From positions 1-48,847 of the forward strand of contig JALDZX010000092.1 of assembly GCA_022813865.1 (NCBI GenBank): DNA of 48,847 nt, in the 5' to 3' direction. Both the position numbers and the translations under genes were made by a program. Shown in pieces: positions 48,784-48,847 of this stretch (the first letter of the stretch is position 1; each line of letters opens with the position of its first letter). The notes under the pieces are model-generated. The model was not told where the DNA came from, made no database searches, and saw nothing but the letters and a program-made list of their open reading frames with translations. This DNA is from Xylographa opegraphella. Its lineage: Eukaryota.

Positions 48784-48847
48784 CCCTCTCCCTCTCCCTC
48801 TCCCTCTCCCTCTCCCTCTCCCTCTCCCTCTCCCTCTCCCTCTCCCT
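48784..48847 (+). repeat. (CCCTCT)n microsatellite, about 10.5 copies, running to the window end
   Basis: Perfect hexamer repeat read directly from the sequence. Confidence 0.97.

Noticed and set aside
48784..48847. Terminal repeat as a possible telomere
   Set aside because: The unit is CCCTCT, not TTAGGG, and a right-hand telomere should be G-rich on the + strand. More likely a microsatellite at an assembly break.
1..48847. tRNA, rRNA, CRISPR arrays, LTR/TIR elements or AT-rich RIP-degraded blocks
   Set aside because: None recognisable by eye; a tRNAscan-SE/Infernal/RepeatMasker run would be needed to exclude small or degenerate cases.

Overview
Gene-dense, intron-containing genomic DNA from a filamentous ascomycete (Pezizomycotina, inferred from short GT-AG introns with CTRAY-type branch sites and a leashin-like gene). 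About 13 protein-coding genes can be supported, in this order: a cytochrome P450, a secreted and probably GPI-anchored App1-like HAD phosphatase, a BTB/POZ protein, a Ser/Thr/Pro-rich protein with His patches, a flotillin-like protein, a hypothetical protein, an SDR, RNA15/CstF64, prohibitin-2, a HAM1/DUF4449-like protein, a malic enzyme, a giant three-exon gene of about 6,370 aa (27650-46874) resembling the Woronin-body tether leashin, and a small orphan gene. The window ends in a (CCCTCT)n microsatellite. I saw no tRNA, rRNA, CRISPR array, transposon or secondary-metabolite backbone gene. I cannot claim a new multi-gene system. The best leads are: (1) leashin's repeat architecture and a poly(A)-signal-containing last intron, (2) a malic enzyme with both a mitochondrial-type presequence and a PTS1-like end, (3) an extracellular App1-like protein with an altered catalytic motif, (4) recurring GC-rich islands with a symmetric C-to-G skew flip, and (5) frequent AAG splice acceptors. 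Exon boundaries were derived by eye, and family names come from recognised motifs, not from database searches.
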